A program made the position numbers and the translations under genes. DNA of 25,195 nt, taken from NCBI GenBank assembly GCA_964396295.1, contig CAYNEQ010000001.1, forward strand, positions 1 through 25,195, read 5' to 3'. Source of the DNA: an uncultured Gammaproteobacteria bacterium. GTDB taxonomy: Bacteria > Patescibacteriota > Patescibacteriia > Magasanikbacterales > GWA2-37-8. Below are positions 7,157 to 15,352 of the stretch, piece after piece (position 1 is the stretch's first letter; every line of letters begins with the position of its first letter). A model generated the notes under the pieces. That model did not search any database. It was not told the origin of the DNA and saw nothing but the letters and a program-made list of their open reading frames with translations.

Positions 7157-8305
7157 ATGGCCTTAAACGAAATCGAACAACTCAATCATCTTCTGGAAAA
7201 TAGCCGGCATATACTACTGGTTATCAATGCCAACCAAACCATAGACTCCATTTGCGGAGCCATGGCTTGGAAAAAATTCCTGGAGAAAAAACACAAACAG
7301 GTTGATGTGGTAGCTGACAATTTTGTCGTGCCAAAAATTTTACGTTTCTTAAAAAATCTCGAAGACATCCAACCGCAAATTTCTCACGTGCAAAAATTCA
7401 TTCTCAAAGTCGATGTTAGCAATGTCAAAATTGATACCTTGAGTTATGACATCAAAGATAATTGGCTGTCTATTTATCTCACTCCCAAACAGGGCATCAT
7501 TACCAAAAATGAATTGCGCACGGCGCAGTCTGGCCTCAAATATGATCTCGTGATTTCTTTAAGCGCCCAAGATTTGGAATCTCTTGGTTCGGTATTTTTA
7601 AACAATTCAGATTTATTTTATAAAGTGCCGGTAATTAATATTGACAATCATCCAGGCAACGAACATTTTGGGCAAATTAATTTTGTGGAGCTGACTGCCA
7701 CTTCTATCTCAGAAATTATTTATAAAACTATAGCGCAAATTTCAGAACCCGACATTGATACTGAAATTGCTACCTTCCTGCTCACCGGCATGATTAGCCA
7801 AACTCAGAGCTTTAAGACCGCTAATGTCAGTCCGGCCACACTTGGCATTGCTAGCAAACTGATTACCTTGGGCGCCGACCGAGAAAAAATTGTCAAAAAT
7901 TTATACCGTACTAAATCTATTGCTTCCTTACGTATCTGGGGCACGGCGCTCACCCATATGGAAAATGATCTAAAGCTTGGGCTTGTCTGGACTACCATTA
8001 CCCGAGAAGATTTTGCCAGAGCCGGAGCGACCGAGGATGAATTGCGAGAACTGACCGATGAATTAATTCAAAATTCACCAGAAGCAAAAATCGTACTCTT
8101 GCTGCATGAAAATACCCAAGGCGAAAATAAGGTACATGGATTGTTGTGCGTTGACCGCCAGCATGATGCCAAGGTATTACTGCAGGGCTACTTACCTGAA
8201 GGCAACAAAAAAACCGCCTCATTTGTAATGGAAGGAAAAAATATTAAACAAGTTGAATTGGAAGTAGTTGAGAAGATTAAAAAAATCTTGATGAGCCTGC
8301 AATAA
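7157..8305 (+). CDS. DHH/DHHA1 (NrnA-like) phosphoesterase family protein with degenerate active site
   Basis: DHH-family layout: TIDSICG, VINIDNHPGNEHFGQINFV, ATSISEII, LLTGMISQTQSF, WGTAL. ATG 7157 preferred over TTG 7130. Confidence 0.8.
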   Translation: MALNEIEQLNHLLENSRHILLVINANQTIDSICGAMAWKKFLEKKHKQVDVVADNFVVPKILRFLKNLEDIQPQISHVQKFILKVDVSNVKIDTLSYDIKDNWLSIYLTPKQGIITKNELRTAQSGLKYDLVISLSAQDLESLGSVFLNNSDLFYKVPVINIDNHPGNEHFGQINFVELTATSISEIIYKTIAQISEPDIDTEIATFLLTGMISQTQSFKTANVSPATLGIASKLITLGADREKIVKNLYRTKSIASLRIWGTALTHMENDLKLGLVWTTITREDFARAGATEDELRELTDELIQNSPEAKIVLLLHENTQGENKVHGLLCVDRQHDAKVLLQGYLPEGNKKTASFVMEGKNIKQVELEVVEKIKKILMSLQ

Positions 8306-8308
8306 TAA

Positions 8309-8348
8309 GACAGGGATTCTTTTTCACCCTAGGCAGATCAGAATGACA
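8309..8348 (+). repeat. Single-arm copy of the REP-like element
   Basis: GACAGGGATTCTT...TCAGAATGACA has the same ends as 16435-16466, with the centre replaced. Lies between convergent genes. Confidence 0.75.
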
Positions 8349-8359
8349 GACCTTTGACC

Positions 8360-9937
8360 CTAAATCAGCGGCTGCCCCGTCATGTCTTCCGGCTGCGGCA
8401 CATCCAAAAGCTTCAAAATAGTAGGCGCCACATCAGCCAAAATACCTACCGGCTGAATCAGACTCAGGTCATCTTCCGGCGCATCGCCAGACAATCCGGC
8501 TTGGCCTAAAAAGTCTTTGCCAATAATAATGAGCGGCACCGGATTAGTCGAGTGTTCTTTATCTATGTCAGCTGTCTGTAAATTTTTCATTTCTTCTACA
8601 TTGCCGTGATCAGCGGTAATAACCATGACGCCATTTTGCGCCAAGGTGTAATCTGCAATATCTCCCAGGCATTTATCCGTAACTTCACAAGCTCGAATAC
8701 CAGCTGAAATATTGCCCGTATGACCTACCATGTCGGGGTTGGCAAAATTAATCACCACAAAATCATACTTGCCGCTACTAATGATTTTTTTCACCTCTTT
8801 GGTAATTTCCGGCGCTGACATTTCTGGCTGCTGGTCATAACTAGCCACCCGCGCGGAAGGAACTAACGCTCTTTCTTCTCCAGGAAACGGATCCTCAACC
8901 GTGCCGTTGAGAAAAAACGTGACGTGCGCATATTTTTCCGTTTCGGCAATATGCATTTGTTTTAGTCCGGCTTTGCTAATTACTTCAGCCAGTGAATTGT
9001 GTACGACAACCGGCGGAAAAGCGATAGCGGCCGGTAAATCTTTGGCATACTCAGTCATGGTCACGACCAACAGATCTTTCAAATACGTGACCGGAAATTT
9101 ATTAAATGAAGGCACGGTCAAAGCTTGAGTAAGTTCTCGCGCCCGATCAGGTCGGAAGTTAAAAAATATCATCGCATCACTGTCTCCAAACGTAGCTAGC
9201 GGCTTCCCATCATTGGTAATGACGGTCGGAATAAATTCTTCATCATAATTCTCTTTTGCATAGGCTTCGTCTATGGCAGCAATGGGATCCTCATTATATC
9301 GATCTGCCTTTCCTTCAACCATAGCTCGGTACGCTTTTTCACATCTATCCCAACGATTGTCTCTGTCCATGGCATAATAACGACCAGATAACGAAGCAAT
9401 TTGACCCACGCCCAGAGCCGACATTTTTTGTTCTAATTCCAAAATAAAATCACGTCCTGAATTATACAGCGCATCTCGGCCATCCAAAATCGCATGAATA
9501 TATACGTTGTCAGTTAGTTTTTTTCTTCGACATAATTCCAAGAGCGCATAGAGGTGCTCATTACTGGAATGCACATTGCCTGAACTAACGAGCCCCACCA
9601 AATGTAATTTTCCACCTGTTTGTGCAACTTTGGTAATTGCAGATAACAAAGCTTCATTTTCATAAAAACTTTCATCCGCTATCGACATATTAATTCTCGG
9701 GCAACTTTGGTAATAGACCCGACCCGCACCAATATTTAAGTGACCGACTTCCGAATTTCCCATCTCACCAAACAACAAGCCCACTTCATTGCCAGAAGCA
9801 TGAATGGTCATGGTGGGATAATTTTTTATAAATTTAGTAAAGTTAGGTGTGCTAGCTCTCGTAATCGCATTACCGTCTGAATCAGGCGCTACTCCCCATC
9901 CATCCATAATTACCAAGACAACTGGTTTATAACTCAT
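8360..9937 (-). CDS. gpmI: 2,3-bisphosphoglycerate-independent phosphoglycerate mutase (copy 1)
   Basis: IMDGWG, GNSEVGH, DGRD, GRYYAMDRD, NFRPDRAR, AETEKYAH, NPDMVGHTG, TADHGN, HSTNPVP. Confidence 0.96.
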   Translation of the reverse strand: MSYKPVVLVIMDGWGVAPDSDGNAITRASTPNFTKFIKNYPTMTIHASGNEVGLLFGEMGNSEVGHLNIGAGRVYYQSCPRINMSIADESFYENEALLSAITKVAQTGGKLHLVGLVSSGNVHSSNEHLYALLELCRRKKLTDNVYIHAILDGRDALYNSGRDFILELEQKMSALGVGQIASLSGRYYAMDRDNRWDRCEKAYRAMVEGKADRYNEDPIAAIDEAYAKENYDEEFIPTVITNDGKPLATFGDSDAMIFFNFRPDRARELTQALTVPSFNKFPVTYLKDLLVVTMTEYAKDLPAAIAFPPVVVHNSLAEVISKAGLKQMHIAETEKYAHVTFFLNGTVEDPFPGEERALVPSARVASYDQQPEMSAPEITKEVKKIISSGKYDFVVINFANPDMVGHTGNISAGIRACEVTDKCLGDIADYTLAQNGVMVITADHGNVEEMKNLQTADIDKEHSTNPVPLIIIGKDFLGQAGLSGDAPEDDLSLIQPVGILADVAPTILKLLDVPQPEDMTGQPLI

Positions 9938-9943
9938 AAGATA

Positions 9944-11494
9944 TTAGATTAAGCTTTTAGCCGTCATTTCGGCTGGCGGCGTTATACCCATCATGGTTAA
10001 AATGGTCGGCGCTACATTCGCCAATTTGCCATTTGGTAGTTTCCGTTTAATTTTTACAAAACTATTTACGATAATACAGGGCACGGGATTGGTGGAATGT
10101 TCCGTATCAGGTTCACCGGTCTCAGGATTAATCATCATTTCAATATTGCCATGATCAGCCGTAATCATAGCTTGCCCATGATTACGCACTACTGATTGTA
10201 TAATCTTGCCAATCGCCTCGTCAACCACAGCCACCGCTTTTTGCCCGGCCGCAAAATCACCGGTATGGCCGACCATGTCCATATTGGCAAAATTCATGGC
10301 AATAAAATCATACGTCCCGGCCTCAAGGGCATTAACCACATAATCAGCCAGTTTATGAGCGCTCATTTCAGGTTTAGTGGCATAATTTTGCACATCCAGC
10401 GAGCTGATTTTTACCCAATTTTCATCACAAAAATGCTGGGCATAGCCGCCATTTAAAAAATAAGTAATATGAGCAAATTTTTCCGACTCGGCAATATATA
10501 ATTGTTTTCTGGGACAGAGGCTTTGCACTAATCCGTACTGCACATCTCGACTAGGAAAAGCAGTCAACACATCCGGTAAATCAGGACCAAAATCAGTTAA
10601 CGCGACAAAACGAATATTTTTCGGATGCTTACTGCGGCTAAAAGCGCCTGGATTCATTTCTTTAAAATTCTTCTGTACAAAAGCCTTAGTAAGTTGACGA
10701 GACCGGTCGCTGCGAAGATTGAAAAAGAAAACGGCGTCATTATCTTTAATGGCCGCGACTGGTTTATTTTTTTCTGTAATTACTGTAGGGGCGATAAACT
10801 CATCCGACTCTTTTTTATTATATGCTTCCCGCAAGGCTTCCTCAGCACTGGTAGCTTTCCGGCCTTTGCCTAATACCAAGGCTTCATAAGCAGCCTTGGT
10901 ACGCTCCCAATTTTTATTTCTGTCCATGGCATAAAAACGCCCCATCACCGTAGCAATCTTTTCTTTACCCTGAAGATGTTTTTGCAGCAGTCTTAGATGT
11001 TTATTTGCTTCATACTCGCCCGAATCCCGACCATCGGTAAATAAATGCAAATAGACCTGGCTGATTTTTTCTCGACGCAATAATTCCAGCAACGCATACA
11101 AATGTTCAGGCAAAGCGTGGGCACTATTATGATTGGACAAGAGCCCCATCAAATGAATAGCAGTTTTATATTTTTTAACGTGGTGAACGGCTTGATGAAA
11201 AGCGTTGTTTTTAAAAAATGATCCATCTGTTATGGATTCGGAAATATATAGCGCATCTTGCTTGACTACCCGACCAGCACCAAGATTGAGGTGCCCAGCC
11301 TCACTATTACCCTCTTGCCCTTTAAAGAGTCCAACACTAGCGCCACTGGCTTCCAACTGACAATTCGGATACTTTTTCAAGTAGGAAAAGTAGTTAGGCG
11401 CGGTTTTGGGAGTCACTGGATTGCCCGGGTCTTTTGGATCGCCAACCCCCCAACCATCGACAATAACAAGTACAGTTGTCTTTTTTTTATACAT
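9944..11494 (-). CDS. gpmI: 2,3-bisphosphoglycerate-independent phosphoglycerate mutase (copy 2)
   Basis: IVDGWG, GNSEAGH, TDGRD, GRFYAMDR, NLRSDRSR, AESEKFAH, NMDMVGHTG, TADHGN, HSTNPVP. Confidence 0.94.
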   Translation of the reverse strand: MYKKKTTVLVIVDGWGVGDPKDPGNPVTPKTAPNYFSYLKKYPNCQLEASGASVGLFKGQEGNSEAGHLNLGAGRVVKQDALYISESITDGSFFKNNAFHQAVHHVKKYKTAIHLMGLLSNHNSAHALPEHLYALLELLRREKISQVYLHLFTDGRDSGEYEANKHLRLLQKHLQGKEKIATVMGRFYAMDRNKNWERTKAAYEALVLGKGRKATSAEEALREAYNKKESDEFIAPTVITEKNKPVAAIKDNDAVFFFNLRSDRSRQLTKAFVQKNFKEMNPGAFSRSKHPKNIRFVALTDFGPDLPDVLTAFPSRDVQYGLVQSLCPRKQLYIAESEKFAHITYFLNGGYAQHFCDENWVKISSLDVQNYATKPEMSAHKLADYVVNALEAGTYDFIAMNFANMDMVGHTGDFAAGQKAVAVVDEAIGKIIQSVVRNHGQAMITADHGNIEMMINPETGEPDTEHSTNPVPCIIVNSFVKIKRKLPNGKLANVAPTILTMMGITPPAEMTAKSLI

Positions 11495-11497
11495 AGA

Positions 11498-12745
11498 TTA
11501 CAAGCCCAATTCTTCTTCTATTTCCATCAAGCGATTATATTTTTCAATACGTTCTGAACGAGACATGGATCCGGTCTTCATAAATTCTGCATTTACAGCT
11601 ACAGCTAAATCAGCGATAAAGGTATCAGCCGTCTCACCACTCCGATGAGAAATAAAAATTTGGTATTTGTGCTGACGAGCCAATTTGATGGCGGCCATGG
11701 TTTCAGATAACGTGCCGATCTGATTAACTTTGATTAAGACCGTATTGGCTACACCCTCGGCAATACCCCGAGAAATTCTTTCCGGATTTGTCACAAATAG
11801 ATCATCACCGACTAAGATAATTTTCTTTCCCAGTTCGCTCGTTAATTTCTTCCAATTTGCCCAATCATCTTCGGCTAGAGCATCCTCAAGAGAAACGATG
11901 GGATATTTTTTTTTCCACCCACTAAACGTATCTATCATCTTACCAGCTGTCCAACCTTGTTTTTTACTCGCAAAATAATAACTGCCATGACGATAGAATT
12001 CCGAAGCAGCGATATCAAGCGCCAAAAAGACATGCTTACCCGGTTCCCAACCGGCCAGCTTGATGGCCTGCATTATCAACTGTAATCCTCGTTCGTTATT
12101 GAGCAACTCAGGAGCAAAACCACCCTCATCTCCCACGCCGGTTGTGTAACCCTTTTGACTCAAGAGCGCTGCTAAACTATGAAAAATTTGGGATCCCATA
12201 CGCACCCGCTCACGCAAGAGCCTATGCTTTGGCATGATCATGAATTCCTGAATCGATAACCCGTTATCGGCGTGACGGCCGCCATTTATAATATTCATGC
12301 CTAGCACCGGCAACCGATAATTTGTTTCTGTTAAATTATAAATCTGACGTATATACTTATACAACGGCACGTTGGCTACCATGGCACCAGCGCGGGCGGC
12401 AGCTAACGATACAGATAGAATGGCATTGGCTCCAAGTTTAGATTTATTTTTGGTCCCATCAAGCGCCAACATTGTTTTATCTATCAGTTCAATATTTTCC
12501 ACTTCCATTCCCACCAGCGCTTTGGCAATCAGTGTATTTACATGCTTGACTGCCTGCAAGACTCCTTTGCCGCCATAGCGCTTACCACCATCACGCAACT
12601 CCAGGGCTTCATGAGCGCCGGTAGAAGCTCCAGACGGGACTTTGGCTACCGCACTGATACCATTAGCTAAGATAATTTTAGTTTCAACCGTCGGGTTTCC
12701 TCGAGAATCAAGTATTTCTCTGGCTTTAATGTCTTTGATTTGCAT
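11498..12745 (-). CDS. eno: Enolase
   Basis: AREILDSRGNPTVE, VPSGASTG, GDEGGF, VGDDLFVTN, SHRSGET, SRSERIEKYN. Start moved to ATG 12745 (MQIKDIK). Confidence 0.98.
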   Translation of the reverse strand: MQIKDIKAREILDSRGNPTVETKIILANGISAVAKVPSGASTGAHEALELRDGGKRYGGKGVLQAVKHVNTLIAKALVGMEVENIELIDKTMLALDGTKNKSKLGANAILSVSLAAARAGAMVANVPLYKYIRQIYNLTETNYRLPVLGMNIINGGRHADNGLSIQEFMIMPKHRLLRERVRMGSQIFHSLAALLSQKGYTTGVGDEGGFAPELLNNERGLQLIMQAIKLAGWEPGKHVFLALDIAASEFYRHGSYYFASKKQGWTAGKMIDTFSGWKKKYPIVSLEDALAEDDWANWKKLTSELGKKIILVGDDLFVTNPERISRGIAEGVANTVLIKVNQIGTLSETMAAIKLARQHKYQIFISHRSGETADTFIADLAVAVNAEFMKTGSMSRSERIEKYNRLMEIEEELGL

Positions 12746-12782
12746 AGACAGATTAATTAAGATTAACCGCTTAACTTCGCTC

Positions 12783-12791
12783 ATTATATCA
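12783..12791 (-). promoter_or_regulatory. Extended -10 promoter upstream of eno
   Basis: Minus-strand TGa-TATAAT directly after the SIMPL terminator. No recognisable -35. Confidence 0.5.
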
Positions 12792-12805
12792 CACCACTTT
12801 CTAAC

Positions 12806-12833
12806 AAAAAAGAGCCTTTTCAGGCTCCTTTTT
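12806..12833 (-). terminator. Intrinsic terminator after SIMPL gene
   Basis: Minus strand GAGCCT-gaaa-AGGCTC followed by TTTTTT. Confidence 0.75.
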
Positions 12834-12844
12834 AGTTTTACGGT

Positions 12845-13699
12845 TTAGGGTAAAATTTCGTAGACAATGGTGACGTTCATATTCACATCTGCACTTCCGG
12901 ATGGTACGGCTTGAGGCGCAATTGAATTCATGGCCCCGCCGCCCATTCCCATAGCCATATCATACTTTGGAGAGTAGTAATCATCAGCCGCTTCACTTTC
13001 ATAATAACTGACCACGCCGCCCAATTTAACATTTAAGGTTCTGGCCAAAGTATCAGCTTTCATTTTGGCATCAGCCAAAGCTTTTTGTTTTGCTTGTAAT
13101 TTTAAATTTTCTGGATCATCAATAGTAAAGCTTAAACCACCGACTTCGTTGGCGCCGTATTTACCGGCCAACCCCAAAATTTCACTGATTTTATTTAAAT
13201 CTCTAATTTTAATGGTCAAACTATTACTCACTCGATACCCCTTTAATTCTTGACCTCTCTCTTGCGTATAATTATATTCCGGATAAATATTGTAATTGCC
13301 TTGCAAATCTTTTTCGGCGACACCAAGTTTCTTAAGCTCAGCATAAACCTGGTCCATAACTTTTTTATTGTCTGCCTGGGCCTTGGCAATGTCTTTGTCA
13401 GTGTTAGAAAAACCAATAGTTGTCTGAGCAATATCGTTATTGCCAGTCACTTTACCAAAACCATTGACGCTAATCGTGCGTTCCATCCGTGGAGCGCGAC
13501 CGATGAAATTATATTGTTGTAAATTATTTCTAATCAATGTACCGAGATAAAAAACGCCATACACCAAGAATATGCCGATGACTGTCCATAAAATCTTACG
13601 GCCAAAATTATGACTGCACATGCCGTCGCATCGTCCGCAACTAGTACTGGTCATTTGCTCCCACTTATTTGGATTATTTGTGCCTGGTGTTAAAGGCAT
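12845..13699 (-). CDS. SIMPL domain (DUF541) membrane-anchored protein
   Basis: N-terminal TM, RTISVNGFGKV, IYPEYNY...GYRVSNSLTIKIRDL, GANEVGGLSFTIDD, and C-terminal VTIVYEI. Strong AAGGAG SD 5 nt before ATG. Confidence 0.9.
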   Translation of the reverse strand: MPLTPGTNNPNKWEQMTSTSCGRCDGMCSHNFGRKILWTVIGIFLVYGVFYLGTLIRNNLQQYNFIGRAPRMERTISVNGFGKVTGNNDIAQTTIGFSNTDKDIAKAQADNKKVMDQVYAELKKLGVAEKDLQGNYNIYPEYNYTQERGQELKGYRVSNSLTIKIRDLNKISEILGLAGKYGANEVGGLSFTIDDPENLKLQAKQKALADAKMKADTLARTLNVKLGGVVSYYESEAADDYYSPKYDMAMGMGGGAMNSIAPQAVPSGSADVNMNVTIVYEILP

Positions 13700-13712
13700 A
13701 TAGTCTCCTTGT

Positions 13713-13739
13713 GGATTAGAGCGCGAAAGCGCTTGATCC
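13713..13739. other. GC-rich hairpin abutting the SIMPL ribosome-binding site
   Basis: GGATTAgAGCGC-gaaa-GCGCTTGATCC. No U-tract on either side. Confidence 0.5.
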
Positions 13740-13768
13740 GATTAAATGAATGTAAATAAATTAATAAA

Positions 13769-14932
13769 TTATTTTAAGGCATCCAGACCGGGCAATTTTT
13801 TTCCGCTCAAATATTCTAGCATAGATCCACCGCCGGTTGAAGGAAGATCGATGTCAGAAAGAACTTTTAAATTTTGTAAAATCGTAATCGTTTCTCCGCC
13901 GCCCGCGACTCCATAGGCATGACGTTTTGATTGGGAAGCTATAACACGCGCAATGCTATAGGTGCTGTACTGATATGGGTGCTGCTCAAAGTACCCCAAG
14001 GCGCCGTTCCAAACAATAGTTTTGGCTTTTTTAATATAGCGAGAAAATAATTTGACTGTTTCCGGTCCGATATCAAACATACCTAAATCTTTTTTCATCT
14101 TTAGCGCCTTTATTGGCATGGCCATAGCCATCTTACCTTTGGCGGTCCCTACCACTACATCTACCGGCAAAATGACTTTCTTTTTCGGCACATAATCCAA
14201 GACTTCTTTTTTGAATTTTTTATTTACCATGGAAACGCCAACTTTATATCCTTTGGCCCACAAATAGGTATTAAAGATGCCGCCGCCCAACAGAATATGA
14301 TCGGCTTTTGATAAAAAGTTTTTTAGTACTCCAATTTTTGTTTCTACTTTAATGCCGCCCAAAACTAGGACGAGCGGCCGCTTCGGTTTTTTCATGACTT
14401 GGGTCAAACCGGTCAGCTCTTCTTCTAATAATAATCCAGCATAGGCAGGCAAATACTTGGCCACACCGGTGACTGACGGAGATTGCCGATGCGCTACTCC
14501 AAACCCATCCAAGACGAAGAGGTCAGCCAAACTTACTAGTTCGTTGGTAAATTTGAGGCTATTATCTCGCTCGCCTTTGGCAAAGCGAATATTTTCTAGC
14601 ATCACTACGGTCCCGACTGGTAATTTTTCTATTTGTTTTTTAGATTTAGCCAAATCTAGCACTGATAGTACTGGCACATTTTTCTGCAAGAACTTACCTA
14701 GCTCCACGGCAACTGGCTTGAGGCTTAAGGCCGCTTCCACTTTTTCTGGCCTTCCTAAGTGACTAACTATTACAACTTTTGCGCCGCGTTCGACTAAAAA
14801 ATTAATCGTACCCAAAGTCTTTTTTATTTTATAATTATCCAAAATTTTCCTACCCTTCATGGAGACATTAAAATCAGCCCGCAGCAATACGGTTTTACCA
14901 AATAATTTCCCCGCGTGCTCAATCGTTTTCAT
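13769..14932 (-). CDS. pgk: Phosphoglycerate kinase
   Basis: LRADFNV, SHLGRP, LENIRF, DGFGVAHR, GGIKV, DIGPET, VWNGALG, GGGET, STGGGSMLEYLSGKKLPG. Confidence 0.97.
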   Translation of the reverse strand: MKTIEHAGKLFGKTVLLRADFNVSMKGRKILDNYKIKKTLGTINFLVERGAKVVIVSHLGRPEKVEAALSLKPVAVELGKFLQKNVPVLSVLDLAKSKKQIEKLPVGTVVMLENIRFAKGERDNSLKFTNELVSLADLFVLDGFGVAHRQSPSVTGVAKYLPAYAGLLLEEELTGLTQVMKKPKRPLVLVLGGIKVETKIGVLKNFLSKADHILLGGGIFNTYLWAKGYKVGVSMVNKKFKKEVLDYVPKKKVILPVDVVVGTAKGKMAMAMPIKALKMKKDLGMFDIGPETVKLFSRYIKKAKTIVWNGALGYFEQHPYQYSTYSIARVIASQSKRHAYGVAGGGETITILQNLKVLSDIDLPSTGGGSMLEYLSGKKLPGLDALK

Positions 14933-14941
14933 TTTATAAAT

Positions 14942-14983
14942 AAAAAAGGAGTATATCTATATAATGCATAGTATACTCCTTTT
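14942..14983 (-). terminator. Long AT-rich hairpin, terminator-like (possibly bidirectional)
   Basis: Perfect 12-bp IR AAAAGGAGTATA (14944-14955) / TATACTCCTTTT (14972-14983) plus inner CTAT/ATAG. T-tracts on both strands. Confidence 0.6.
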
Positions 14984-15018
14984 GTTACATTTAGAGAAGA
15001 AAAAGATTAAATCGAAGC

Positions 15019-15345
15019 CTATATAACATTGTCTTTTGAGGCATCACATGTTATCATTTCATCTTTTTTAATATTTCTGAGAGCAACATCGGCCTTTTTA
15101 ATATGGTCCTGTATAGTATTTGGACGCTTTGAATGATTAACGTATCTTTCTGGTTCTGAATAGAGATAAATTCTACCCCGGTAGGAATGGGTGAACATTT
15201 TTTCTTTTTTAGGCAGACTCTTATATTTCTCGTTTGAGAGAAATTTTAATTTATACTTAATCACTATTTCACCTTTTTTAAAATCACGGCCAGCATATAC
15301 ACCTTTACCTGCTAATTTTCCTTTACCTATAACAACATCATTCAT
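15019..15345 (-). CDS. SET-domain protein (minimal)
   Basis: GKGVYAGRDFKKGE, RYVNHSKRPN, VALRNIKKDEMITCD. The start may be ATG 15345 or TTG 15360, which overlaps the upstream stop. Confidence 0.85.
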   Translation of the reverse strand: MNDVVIGKGKLAGKGVYAGRDFKKGEIVIKYKLKFLSNEKYKSLPKKEKMFTHSYRGRIYLYSEPERYVNHSKRPNTIQDHIKKADVALRNIKKDEMITCDASKDNVI

Positions 15346-15352
15346 AAGGAAA

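Noticed and set aside
12746-12784. Longer eno start at 12784
   Set aside because: Homology begins at MQIKDIK, and the upstream ATG overlaps the predicted -10 box.
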